Part shown: positions 1 to 8,182 of the stretch, in pieces
Position numbering within the stretch: the first letter of the stretch is position 1
How the letters are laid out: each line of letters begins with the position of its first letter
NCBI GenBank assembly: GCA_965198225.1
Contig: CBDAOY010000005.1
Coordinates: 288,001 to 352,000 of the forward strand
Origin: Terriglobia bacterium
GTDB lineage: Bacteria; Acidobacteriota; Terriglobia; 20CM-2-55-15
Length of the DNA: 64,000 nt
Reading direction: 5' to 3'
Notes under the pieces: generated by a model
Seen by the model: the letters and a program-made list of their open reading frames with translations, nothing else
Databases searched by the model: none
Told to the model about the DNA's origin: nothing
Position numbers and translations under genes: made by a program

Positions 1-48
1 GTGAACTTAAACGTGACAATCCCGGCCCCGAAAAGGGAGGAAGAAACG

Positions 49-234
49 ATGACAATAAAGGTCCACGCTCTTTCCGAGGCGGAGCTGCTGGCGACGTCCG
101 GAGGAGACTGGGATTGGGGTGATTTCCTGGATGGCCTCACCTACGGTCTCGGCGTTGGGTGTTTTTGGAGCGGGGGCAATCCTTTCCTCTGCGGCGGTAC
201 ACTCGTCGCGGGTGGAATCGGCTTGTACCTGTAG
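49..234 (+). CDS. Double-glycine-leader bacteriocin/RiPP precursor A (61 aa)
   Basis: RBS AGGGAGG at 34-40, ATG at 49. Leader MTIKVHALSEAELLATSGG fits LSxxELxxxxGG. The core is Gly-rich and hydrophobic with two Cys. A C39 transporter lies nearby. Confidence 0.85.
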   Translation: MTIKVHALSEAELLATSGGDWDWGDFLDGLTYGLGVGCFWSGGNPFLCGGTLVAGGIGLYL

Positions 235-244
235 GAGGAAATAA

Positions 245-424
245 ATGAAAATCCAAGACCTCTCACAGACAGAATTGATGGAGATCGGTGGCGGTGACTG
301 GTTCGAGACGACCGCCGGCATCATGCTCGGAACCGCCTTCGCCGCCGGATTCCTGGGTTCGGGCGGGCTACTCGGTGTCGCTGCTGCGGCCGGGGCCGCT
401 CTTGTCATGGAGGACTATCTCTAA
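245..424 (+). CDS. Double-glycine-leader bacteriocin/RiPP precursor B (59 aa; missing from the ORF track)
   Basis: RBS AGGAGG at 233-238. Manual translation gives MKIQDLSQTELMEIGGG-DWFETTAGIMLGTAFAAGFLGSGGLLGVAAAAGAALVMEDYL*. Confidence 0.85.
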   Translation: MKIQDLSQTELMEIGGGDWFETTAGIMLGTAFAAGFLGSGGLLGVAAAAGAALVMEDYL

Positions 425-435
425 CGCGAAGGACG

Positions 436-456
436 GGAGGGGCAGGATGCCCCTCC
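436..456 (+). terminator. Stem-loop after the precursor genes (possible attenuator or mRNA stabiliser)
   Basis: GGAGGGGCA-gga-TGCCCCTCC forms a 9-bp stem. There is no clear U-tract. Confidence 0.4.
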
Positions 457-473
457 GCGTTAGTTCAAGGCAC

Positions 474-1214
474 ATGGACGTTTTTCAACTCGAAGAGGTC
501 ACCAAAGACCGTGGGGACGACTTCACGCTCGGACCGCTGAGCCTTCATATGTCGCCAGGAGAGATCCTCGGTGTGATGGGGCCGAACGGGGCCGGTAAAA
601 CGACTCTGCTGAGAATGCTCTGGGGCTTCCTCCGTCCCGACGCGGGACGGATATCTGTCTTCGGTCGGTCGCCGCACCTGGAACAGGTCTGGGTTCGACT
701 CCGAGCAGGCTATTTGTCGGAAGCTCCCGAGTTCTACGGGTGGATGACCGGCAGACGCTTCCTTTCGTTTATCGCGGGATTCTATCCAAGCTGGGATTGG
801 AGGCGCGCCGACCGGCTGCTCGAGGACTTCGAGTTGGACGGCGGGAAGAAGGTGGGGGAACTGTCGAAGGGCAACCGGATCAAGCTCGGCCTGATCGCAG
901 CTATCGCACACCGGCCGCAATTGCTGATTCTGGACGAACCGACATCCGGCCTGGACCCAGTCATCCGAATTGACATATTGGAGTTCTTACGCACGCTGTC
1001 GCGGGATGACGGCACCGGCGTCGTCATGTCCTCACACGTGTCGGACGATCTAGACCGCATCGCTGACTCCGTATTGATGCTGAATGGAGGACGGGTTGTC
1101 GAGTACGCTCCCGCGGCGGTCCTGTTAGACAGGTACGACAAATGCCAGCTGGAGGAAGTGTTCCTACATGCAATCGGTCGGGTTTCCACGACTCGCGCTG
1201 CACATCGCGCGTAA
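474..1214 (+). CDS. ABC transporter ATP-binding protein (ABC-2 type, possible immunity function)
   Basis: Walker A GPNGAGKTT, signature LSKGN, Walker B LILDEPTSGLDP and SSH switch. Confidence 0.9.
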   Translation: MDVFQLEEVTKDRGDDFTLGPLSLHMSPGEILGVMGPNGAGKTTLLRMLWGFLRPDAGRISVFGRSPHLEQVWVRLRAGYLSEAPEFYGWMTGRRFLSFIAGFYPSWDWRRADRLLEDFELDGGKKVGELSKGNRIKLGLIAAIAHRPQLLILDEPTSGLDPVIRIDILEFLRTLSRDDGTGVVMSSHVSDDLDRIADSVLMLNGGRVVEYAPAAVLLDRYDKCQLEEVFLHAIGRVSTTRAAHRA

Positions 1215-1809
1215 GGACTGGGGCGAGTCCAGGAAACTGATCCTGACTCTAACCGCGGCCTTGCTCGTCCCCGCTCTACTGGTCCGTTTATTTCCAGGCC
1301 GATCCGAAGACTTCGCCAAAGGTCTGCTCGCCGGCCTGCTCGCCGGCGCCGGCTTCGGCTATGCCCAGTACTGCTTCCTCAACGAACGCCTCCGGAATAC
1401 ACTGGATCTTCTACTGAGCCTGCCGATTGAACCCCGCGACCTTGTGCTTGCCAAATACGTCTCGCTCTACTCGATGGTTCTCTTCACGGTAAACATCCCG
1501 GCCCTCTTCATCTCCAACCTCCAACTCATCTTCATCGTCAACGCCGCTGCTCTGTCCCTGGCAACACTGTTCATGGCCACCACCGTCATCTCCGACAAAC
1601 CCTGGGCCGCCCAGATCCCGATTTATCTGCTCCTGGTTTTTATCCTCCCCTCTGAACGCCTCCTCAACCGTTACTACCCTTCCGGCCTCGACCTCTTCCG
1701 CACCCTCACATCCCACCCCCTCCTCCTCGCCACCCTGGCCCTGCTCCTGACCCCCGCCCTGATCGCTGGATCGACGTTTTTTTTCACCACGGAGGCGCGG
1801 AAGCACTGA
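1168..1809 (+). CDS. ABC-2 type transporter permease
   Basis: Multi-TM hydrophobic protein with the NERLRNTLDLLLSLPI...VLAKY motif. It overlaps the ATPase gene. Confidence 0.8.
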   Translation: MQSVGFPRLALHIARKDWGESRKLILTLTAALLVPALLVRLFPGRSEDFAKGLLAGLLAGAGFGYAQYCFLNERLRNTLDLLLSLPIEPRDLVLAKYVSLYSMVLFTVNIPALFISNLQLIFIVNAAALSLATLFMATTVISDKPWAAQIPIYLLLVFILPSERLLNRYYPSGLDLFRTLTSHPLLLATLALLLTPALIAGSTFFFTTEARKH

Positions 1810-2214
1810 GGTGAGGTTTCATCCGGTGACCCGACAGGTTATCGGTGCTGCGATCGAGGTTCACAAGGCCATGGGTTCGGGTTTGTTGGAGTCCATCTAC
1901 CAAGAATGCCTCGAAGTCGAACTACGATTAAGGCGTGTCCGTTTCGAGCGCCAGAAGACGATCCCCTTGACATACAAAGGCGTGGAGGTTGGGGCGGCGC
2001 TCAGACTGGACCTACTTGTTGGAAACACGGTCATCGTGGAGATCAAAGCGGTCGAATCGATAACACCGGTGCATGAAGCTCAGTTAGTAACCTACCTACG
2101 GCTCACGGGCTGCTCTGTGGGCCTTTTGATCAACTTCAACGTGGAGGTACTTCGGAAGGGGGTCAAACGCATGATCAACTACAGGTAGCTCCGCGCCTCT
2201 GTGCCTCCGTGGTT
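1786..2214. mobile_element. Candidate element: GxxExxY gene bracketed by inverted tandem-octamer arms (family A)
   Basis: Left arm ACCACGGAG-GCGCGGAA-GCACTGAG (1786-1810) abuts the start codon. Right arm CTCCGCGC-CTCTGTGC-CTCCGTGGT (2189-2213) abuts the stop codon. Confidence 0.55.
1811..2188 (+). CDS. GxxExxY protein (PD-(D/E)XK nuclease-like)
   Basis: 125 aa with AAIEVH..GSGLLESIYQECL, RLDLLV..VIVEIKAV, HEAQLVTYL and GLLINF motifs. Confidence 0.9.
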   Translation: MRFHPVTRQVIGAAIEVHKAMGSGLLESIYQECLEVELRLRRVRFERQKTIPLTYKGVEVGAALRLDLLVGNTVIVEIKAVESITPVHEAQLVTYLRLTGCSVGLLINFNVEVLRKGVKRMINYR

Positions 2215-2222
2215 AACAAAAA

Positions 2223-2250
2223 CTTCGTGTTCTTCGTGCCTTCGTGTTCA
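2223..2250. repeat. Orphan right arm of a family B (CTTCGTG) tandem repeat
   Basis: CTTCGTGTT-CTTCGTGC-CTTCGTGTTCA resembles the right arm of 55428-55539. Confidence 0.6.
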
Positions 2251-2341
2251 AAAAAATCGTCCCAACACGGACCATTTTCGAATCAGGCCAACCCATTTCA
2301 GTCAGTTGCGTTGTTGGAACCCCATTTGCCTCAATGTGGGG

Positions 2342-3595
2342 GTGCGGTACCCAATCGTCCACCAACACGACTCCAACGACCGCGGGCCGGCATGCCTGTC
2401 AATGGTCGCCGCCTACTACGGCGAACGTCAGTCCATCGCCCGTCTTCGGGAGCGATCCGGAACAGATCGTCAGGGCACCAACCTTGCCGGGCTGATCCAG
2501 GCGGCTGAAGACATCGGCCTCCAGGCGCGAGGCGTCCGGACCGACATGGACGGGCTCGACGAATTAGGCTTGCCCGCGATCGCACACTGGTCCGAAGATG
2601 GCCGAAACCACTTCGTCGTGTTGTTCAAAAAGTCCCGACGCAAGGCAACGATCGGTGATCCCGCGCTCGGCCGCAGAAGGCTCCCCGTCGACGAATTCCA
2701 GAAACACTGGACCGGCGTGCTTGGCCTCCTCAAGCCGACTCCCGACCTGAAAGGTCTCTCCGAGACTTCCTATACGAAACTCTGGTCTCTACTACGGCAT
2801 CACAGGAAGATCTTCCTGGATGCCCTGCTCGCGGCAGTCCTGATGACCGTCCTCGGCCTCTCCTCGTCTTTCTTCATCCAAGCCCTCGTCGACTTCGTGT
2901 TCGTCATCGGACGCGAACCCACCCTGAACTGGCTCGGCCTGGGCATGCTGCTCGTGCTTCTGGCGCGCGTAGCATTCCTCGGACTCCGGGCCTATCTACT
3001 GGCTCACCTCAGCCAGAGGATCGATGCAGATGTGATTCTGGGTTACCACCACCATCTGCTGGGGCTGCCGCTCTCCTTCTTCGAGTCACGCCGCACCGGA
3101 GAGATTCTCTCTCGCCTGAACGACGCGACAAAAATTCGTTCGGCCGTCAGCGGGACAGGCCTTGCCGTAATCGTGGACTCTATGATGCTGGCTTTGACCG
3201 CCTCTGTCATGTTCTGGATGCACTGGAAGCTGGCGCTTCTATCGCTCTCGTTGATGCCGGCAATGGTAGCTACGGTCTGGGGTCTGACCGGACCGATGAA
3301 ACGCGCGCAACGGACGGCGATGGAGCGCGCCGCCGGTTTCGAATCCCACCTGGTCGAGGCCATCGGAGCCATGCCTACCGTCAAAGCCTTCTGCGCGGAA
3401 GACAGGCTGCGGGTCCGGGGCGAGGCACGACTGATGGAAACGATCGACGCCGGCTTTCGCGCCCAGATGTTTGCCCTGCATTCATCGACGACGACCGCAC
3501 TGCTGGCTGGAGCTTCGGGTCTCGGCCTGCTCTGGTTCGGTGGACACGAAGTTCTGGCAGGGCGGTTAACCGTCGGGCAACTGATGGCCCTATAG
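2342..3595 (+). pseudogene. Peptidase C39-containing ABC exporter (PCAT), N-terminal half
   Basis: C39 motifs QHDSNDRGPACL, GTNLAGL..AAE, HFVVL and IGDPA are followed by the ABC TM domain. The frame ends abruptly at LTVGQLMA(L)* with no ATPase domain. Confidence 0.85.
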
Positions 3596-3622
3596 GCGAA
3601 TTAATCAATTCTCACTTATTGC

Positions 3623-3656
3623 AACCGGGAGGTGCCTATCCTCCCGGTTTTTCTTT
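3623..3656 (+). terminator. Rho-independent terminator-like hairpin
   Basis: AACCGGGAGG-tgcctat-CCTCCCGGTT followed by TTTCTTT. Confidence 0.65.
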
Positions 3657-3862
3657 GTGTTCTTGCTGAGCGCCGCGGCTCAGCTTGTCCACCTAGAGTC
3701 GATCCTTCCGAGTCACACGAGGACACGCTTTCATCCCATTCAGAATGGATCCAAATGTCCAGAGTTCGAAGTCGCAGGTTGGAGGAATTCACCGCGATAC
3801 GGGGTCCCAGATCTTGAGCCACACTGATTCAAGCTTCGGATCTGGTTCGCCAATGATCCGGC

Positions 3863-4294
3863 TCAAGAGAGTTGAGGGAGGATGGTGAAGCCTTCGTTGC
3901 GGGCGGCCTGAAGTAGTCTGGAATCAAGGCAGACGAAGTCGAGTCCCCGGGGCTGGTTGCCGCTCCCGAAGATCGAAGCTGCCAGTTGAAGGGAGTCGGC
4001 GGCTCGCAGCGGATGCAGGAGCACCGATCGGCTGGCCCCGTCGCGGATCCGCTCGCTCGGCACAAGTTCGACCCACGAGGCTCTTAACCCTTCGAGTACT
4101 GCGCGCGCCTCATCTTCGTCCTGCCGGGTGAATACCCCTTCTCTGCGAATCCGGGCGAACGCCGAGTGGCATTCAACTACGGTTCCCCACCAGACCACGA
4201 TCACCGGGTCGTCAGTAGCGATCCGTTCCAGAAGGGCAGTCCGGGGTTCTTCAAGGCAGAGAGGAATGATTGCGGAAGCGTCCCAGAACTTCAT
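3863..4294 (-). CDS. vapC: VapC-family PIN-domain toxin
   Basis: N-terminal FWDASA, LRAADSLQLAA and FVCLDSRL..AA..EG PIN motifs. 4-bp overlap with the antitoxin gene. Confidence 0.85.
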   Translation of the reverse strand: MKFWDASAIIPLCLEEPRTALLERIATDDPVIVVWWGTVVECHSAFARIRREGVFTRQDEDEARAVLEGLRASWVELVPSERIRDGASRSVLLHPLRAADSLQLAASIFGSGNQPRGLDFVCLDSRLLQAARNEGFTILPQLS

Positions 4295-4584
4295 CGCCCC
4301 TCGGCCCGTTCGTCTTCCAATGCTTTGAGGGCGGCTCCCGCTTCATCGAAGGGGCGCCGCATCTTCCAGAGGCTCTTAGGCAACTTGCAGGTACCAACAC
4401 GTGCCAGGCCTAAACTCGCCAGCTCAGTCAAATGAGGTGAGAGTCTGGCGTCCCCCTGTGGGAACGGTATGATCTTCGCGATCGGTTTGCCGCGCTCCGT
4501 TACGACGACCTCCTGGCCTGCTTTGACCTGTGCCAGGAATTCGCTGAGCGTCGCTTTTAGCTTGGATACGGTTGTGGTCGACAT
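4291..4584 (-). CDS. Phd/YefM-family antitoxin
   Basis: VSKLKATLSEFLAQVKAGQEVVVTERGKPIAKI is a typical prevent-host-death N-terminus. Confidence 0.88.
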   Translation of the reverse strand: MSTTTVSKLKATLSEFLAQVKAGQEVVVTERGKPIAKIIPFPQGDARLSPHLTELASLGLARVGTCKLPKSLWKMRRPFDEAGAALKALEDERAEGR

Positions 4585-4597
4585 GAGACTAATATAG

Positions 4598-4630
4598 TTT
4601 AATATGAGTGACTATTCTAGTCATATTAAA
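4598..4630 (-). promoter_or_regulatory. AT-rich palindromic operator/promoter of the TA operon
   Basis: TTTAATATGA (4598-4607) pairs with TCATATTAAA (4621-4630), with an inner TGACTA-ttc-TAGTCA. It lies directly upstream of the antitoxin ATG. Confidence 0.55.
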
Positions 4631-4632
4631 GT

Positions 4633-5853
4633 TCAAGGCTCTGGGTTCGTGACAGAGGTGTGGCGGCCCGGCTCCGACGCTTGTACGTTCCTGAACTTGC
4701 TGAACAAGAGCGACAACAGACTCTCCGTCCGTATAGTGAAACGAACCTCCAGAGCCAGGCCCAGGGGGAGATCCTGGGCCTCGTCAAAGTCAATCAGAAC
4801 ACGGTAGGCTCCGGAGCCTGGGTCTCCGATCCGGGCGTCGGGAGCGATGGAGAGAACGGTTCCCCCGAGACTTTCCGGGCCAGTCATGACGAGCCGGACC
4901 TGTTGCCCCGGGCACACGTTTTCGGCCTCCCGGTTCGGGAGCCAGGATTCGATCACCTGGACCGTCGGCGTGCGTGCCATCGTCGCTACGAGCGTTCCTG
5001 CGGGAAGGTGTTCGCCTGAGTGGAGGGCGGCGAATGAAACCAGCGTTCCGGTCACCGGGCTCCGGATGATCAACCGTTGCCGGTCCGTTTCGGCACGGTC
5101 TACCCGGAGCCTGAGGTCGGCGAGCTGTTTCTCGATCGGGATCTGTTCGCTCCCAAGCTGTCGTTGGCGGCCTTTGAACTGTGAACGTTTGAGAACGCGG
5201 GCTTGACGAAGGTCCTCGAGAACCGCCTCTTCAGGTGGGCGAGCTTCGATTTCCTCCTTTTGGGCTCTGGCCAGTCGGAGTGCTCGCTCGACCTCGGACT
5301 GGGATTGTTGAGATACGACGCCTTCCTCGAGCAGTTGTCGGTTCATCTCGCGTCGCTCCAGGGCGTCCGATATGCGCAGCTCGGCGGCGTGCAACTGGAT
5401 CTGATGTTCCTGGCGCCGTCGCTTGATCGCTTCCCTCTCGGCCTGAATCTGGAGCTCCAGCCGCTGCATTTCCAGGTCGAACACGTGCCTCGCGTCAGCC
5501 TTCCTGAGGCCTGTTTCGCGGAGTTGTTCTTCTACGAGGAGGATCTGCTCCTGGAGCGTTTGGATCTGCGATCGGGTCTCTCGGTCTTCGAGCCGGACGA
5601 GAATGTCACCGGCCCTGACGTGATCACGTTCTCTGCCAGAGACGGCGGCTATGATCCCGGCAACTTCCGTGACGATCCGGACGACTCCACCTTCAGGTCG
5701 CACGACACCGAGTGCGCGAACGGTAACGTCGATCTTCGTGAAGTGCGCCCAGAGTGTCGCGAGGGCCAGGATGCCTGCCAGCATGTACAGGGTTGCACCC
5801 AGGAGGGACGGGGATCGTCCCAGGTTGAGGTCAGGCCCCGAGCGCGTACGCAC
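4633..5853 (-). CDS. HlyD-family membrane fusion protein (type I secretion adaptor)
   Basis: N-terminal TM segment, lipoyl-like motif V.AGDILVRL, long coiled coil and IRSPVTG. Confidence 0.85.
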   Translation of the reverse strand: MRTRSGPDLNLGRSPSLLGATLYMLAGILALATLWAHFTKIDVTVRALGVVRPEGGVVRIVTEVAGIIAAVSGRERDHVRAGDILVRLEDRETRSQIQTLQEQILLVEEQLRETGLRKADARHVFDLEMQRLELQIQAEREAIKRRRQEHQIQLHAAELRISDALERREMNRQLLEEGVVSQQSQSEVERALRLARAQKEEIEARPPEEAVLEDLRQARVLKRSQFKGRQRQLGSEQIPIEKQLADLRLRVDRAETDRQRLIIRSPVTGTLVSFAALHSGEHLPAGTLVATMARTPTVQVIESWLPNREAENVCPGQQVRLVMTGPESLGGTVLSIAPDARIGDPGSGAYRVLIDFDEAQDLPLGLALEVRFTIRTESLLSLLFSKFRNVQASEPGRHTSVTNPEP

Positions 5854-6646
5854 GTTCCTCGATGTGGAAGGTCCGGTCGATGGGCAGAGGCTCGTGGGAG
5901 ATCACGAGCGTCGTCCGGTGTCCGCGGCGCCGTTCGATCAGGCTGCGGACGGCGGCTGTCGACGTGCGGTCGAGGTGGTTTGTCGGTTCGTCGAGTACCA
6001 GGATAGGCGGCTCGAGAAGGATCGCGCGCGCCAGGGCGATCCTCTGGCGCTCGCCCCCGGATAGCGTCATGCCGCGCTCGCCGATCACGGTGTCGTACCC
6101 CAGCGGCATCCGGTTGACGATCTCATCGACGTGTGCCAGACGGGCGGCCGTGCGCACCTCCTGTGCATCGGCGGACGGACGACCCAGGCTGACGTTGCCG
6201 GCGATCGAGATACTGAGCAGGTCGGCGTCCTGCGAGACGAAGACCACCTGCCGGCGGAGGTTCTCCAGGTCGTAGTCTCGGACGTCGATCCCGTCGATGA
6301 GAACGCGTCCGGACGACGGTTCAATGAATCGGCCGAGCAGGCGAACAAGCGTTGTCTTCCCGCTTCCGCTTCCACCTGCGATCCCGACGCACTCCCCTGG
6401 TTCGATTCTCATGCAGATGCCCTCGAGAACAGGATGGCGGCTCCCGTACCGGAAGCCCACGTTGCGAAATTCGATCGATCCCGCCAGTCTGCGTTCAACT
6501 GTTGAAGTAGATTTACGCCTCTTCTCGCCTTCGGCCTGAAACATTTCTCCCAGACGTTCAGCAGCGACCATTGCGTCCTGGATCGACTGGTTGGCGTTCG
6601 CCAGCCGCTCGATCGGCCCGAGGGCCGTTCCCAGCATGGTGTAGAA
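5831..6646 (-). pseudogene. PCAT C-terminal half (end of TM domain plus ATPase), inverted relative to its N-terminal half
   Basis: Reads FYTMLGTALGPIERL...GGSGSGKTT...LSGGERQRIALARA..LVLDEPT and directly continues GQLMA from 3589. Confidence 0.85.
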
Positions 6647-7133
6647 TCCTTATCAACCTTCGAGCGTACTGCTCGGTCGAAACAAAGTGTAGATGACTCA
6701 ACTTCGTCATGGAATGCCGGAGGGCATCATCGATCGCTCCGCTGGTGACCTCGCCACCATGAATGTGCGCGATCGGGATCTTGAACGGAAGAGCTGCCAG
6801 CGAAGCCGCATGCATCTCGAACCGGTCTCCCAGCACCACCAGCATGTCGGGACTGACCGAGCCATACAACCTGGAGAACCCAGACACGCACTGCCCCATC
6901 GATTCCGCGATGCCTGCGGGGCTATCCGACGCCAGTGGAATCGGGACCCGCAACGAGGTGTCCCAACCCTCCTTTTCGATGTCACGCACGCTCTCCCCGA
7001 ACTCAGGAGACAGATGCATCCCCGTCACGAACAACTTCAGGTCCAGCGATAACTCGGCTCGTACGGTCCGGAGGAGCGGCCGGTATATGCTGTAATCAGC
7101 GCGACTTCCTGTGACCACCCCGAGTGTTCTCAC
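6647..7133 (-). pseudogene. neuC: UDP-N-acetylglucosamine 2-epimerase (hydrolysing), 3'-truncated
   Basis: VTGSRADY, VTGMHLSPEFG, VLGDRFE, HIHGGE and RHSMTKLSHLHF motifs. Only ~160 aa are present before the inversion junction. Confidence 0.85.
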
Positions 7134-8182
7134 GACACCATGTCCAGACTGAACAACGCACCCTCAGCGATGTCCTGAACCGTGCGTCGCCCGACCAGCT
7201 CGCCGCGTAGCGACGGTAGGAGACCGGTACCGGGTCGCTTGACGGCGATCATGTCCTCGGTCAGCATCGTTCCCGCGGGAATGGACTGCGAGGCCACGAG
7301 GCTCTTCCTGGCGACCGCGGCCGTACCGGCCTCGCTTGGCGCCGGCTCTTTGCGGCCATTGCCCAGTGCCGACTCGACGATCCGAATACCTGCTACAAGC
7401 GCTCCCAGTTCGGCCGGCTCGACAGACGCTTCGTGGTCGGGCCCGGGTAACGACCGATCCAGCGTGAAGTGTTTTTCGACCACGCTCGCTCCAAGCGCTC
7501 TCGCGGCGAGCGCGACCTGGATCCCGGACGTGTGATCCGAGTACCCGACCGGCAGATTGAATGCATCGCGCATCGTCCGCATCGCCCTCAGGTTAACCAC
7601 AGCCGGATCGGCCGGGTAGTTGCTGACGCAATGCAGGAGCAGTATCTGGTGGTTCCCGGAACCATCGATCGCACGGACGGCCTCTCTTACTTCTTCGAGT
7701 GTAGCCATACCGGTCGAAACGATCATCGGTTTGCGCTTGGCTGCGACGTGGGAAAGAAAGGGCAGGTTCGTGAGCTCGCCGGATGGTATCTTGAACGCAG
7801 GCACTTCCAACGTTTCGAGAAAGTCCGCACTGTTCTCGTCAAACGGAGTCGACAGAAACAGGACCCCACGCTCACGACAGTAGTCCTGGAGTTCCTGATG
7901 GGCGGCCGCGTCCAGTTCCAACCGCCGAAGCATTTCAAATTGAGTTTCCGCTGCGCCGGTCGTGCGAACCTGGTAGTCGGCCTTCGGTGAGTGTCGAGTA
8001 ACGATATTCTCAGCCCTGAAGGTCTAAAACTTAACGGCATCGGCTCTGGCCTCGACGGCCACATCGATCAGGCGCCGGGCCATCCCAACGTCACCGTTAT
8101 GGTTTACTCCGGCCTCCGCTATGATGAAACAAGGCTGATCCTCCCCGATCTGCCGTCCGTGGATATTGATGCAATCTACCAA
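7130..8182 (-). pseudogene. neuB: N-acetylneuraminate/legionaminate synthase with an internal stop
   Basis: FIIAEAGVNHNGD...ADAVKF*TF has TAG at 8026-8024 in place of the conserved Gln. The rest is intact (GYSDHT, EKHFTLDR, SAF domain). Confidence 0.85.

Noticed and set aside
288-473. N-terminal extension of the ABC ATPase in the ORF track
   Set aside because: It overlaps precursor B in another frame. ATG 474 gives a normal-length ATPase.
1590-1790. Strongly C-rich tract in the permease gene
   Set aside because: Explained by Leu/Pro/Thr/Ala codons of transmembrane helices. There is no periodic repeat.
3590-3670. Missing 3' half of neuC at the other inversion breakpoint
   Set aside because: The rejoined frame reads RLIRTIGELINSHLLQ... 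and stops after fewer than 30 codons with no NeuC motifs, so neuC cannot be restored by flipping alone.
8024-8026. TAG recoding (Gln or pyrrolysine) to explain the in-frame TAGs in neuB and the glycosyltransferase
   Set aside because: TAG is a normal stop for many intact genes here (precursor A, GxxExxY, aroF, gltA), and the cluster has other independent lesions.
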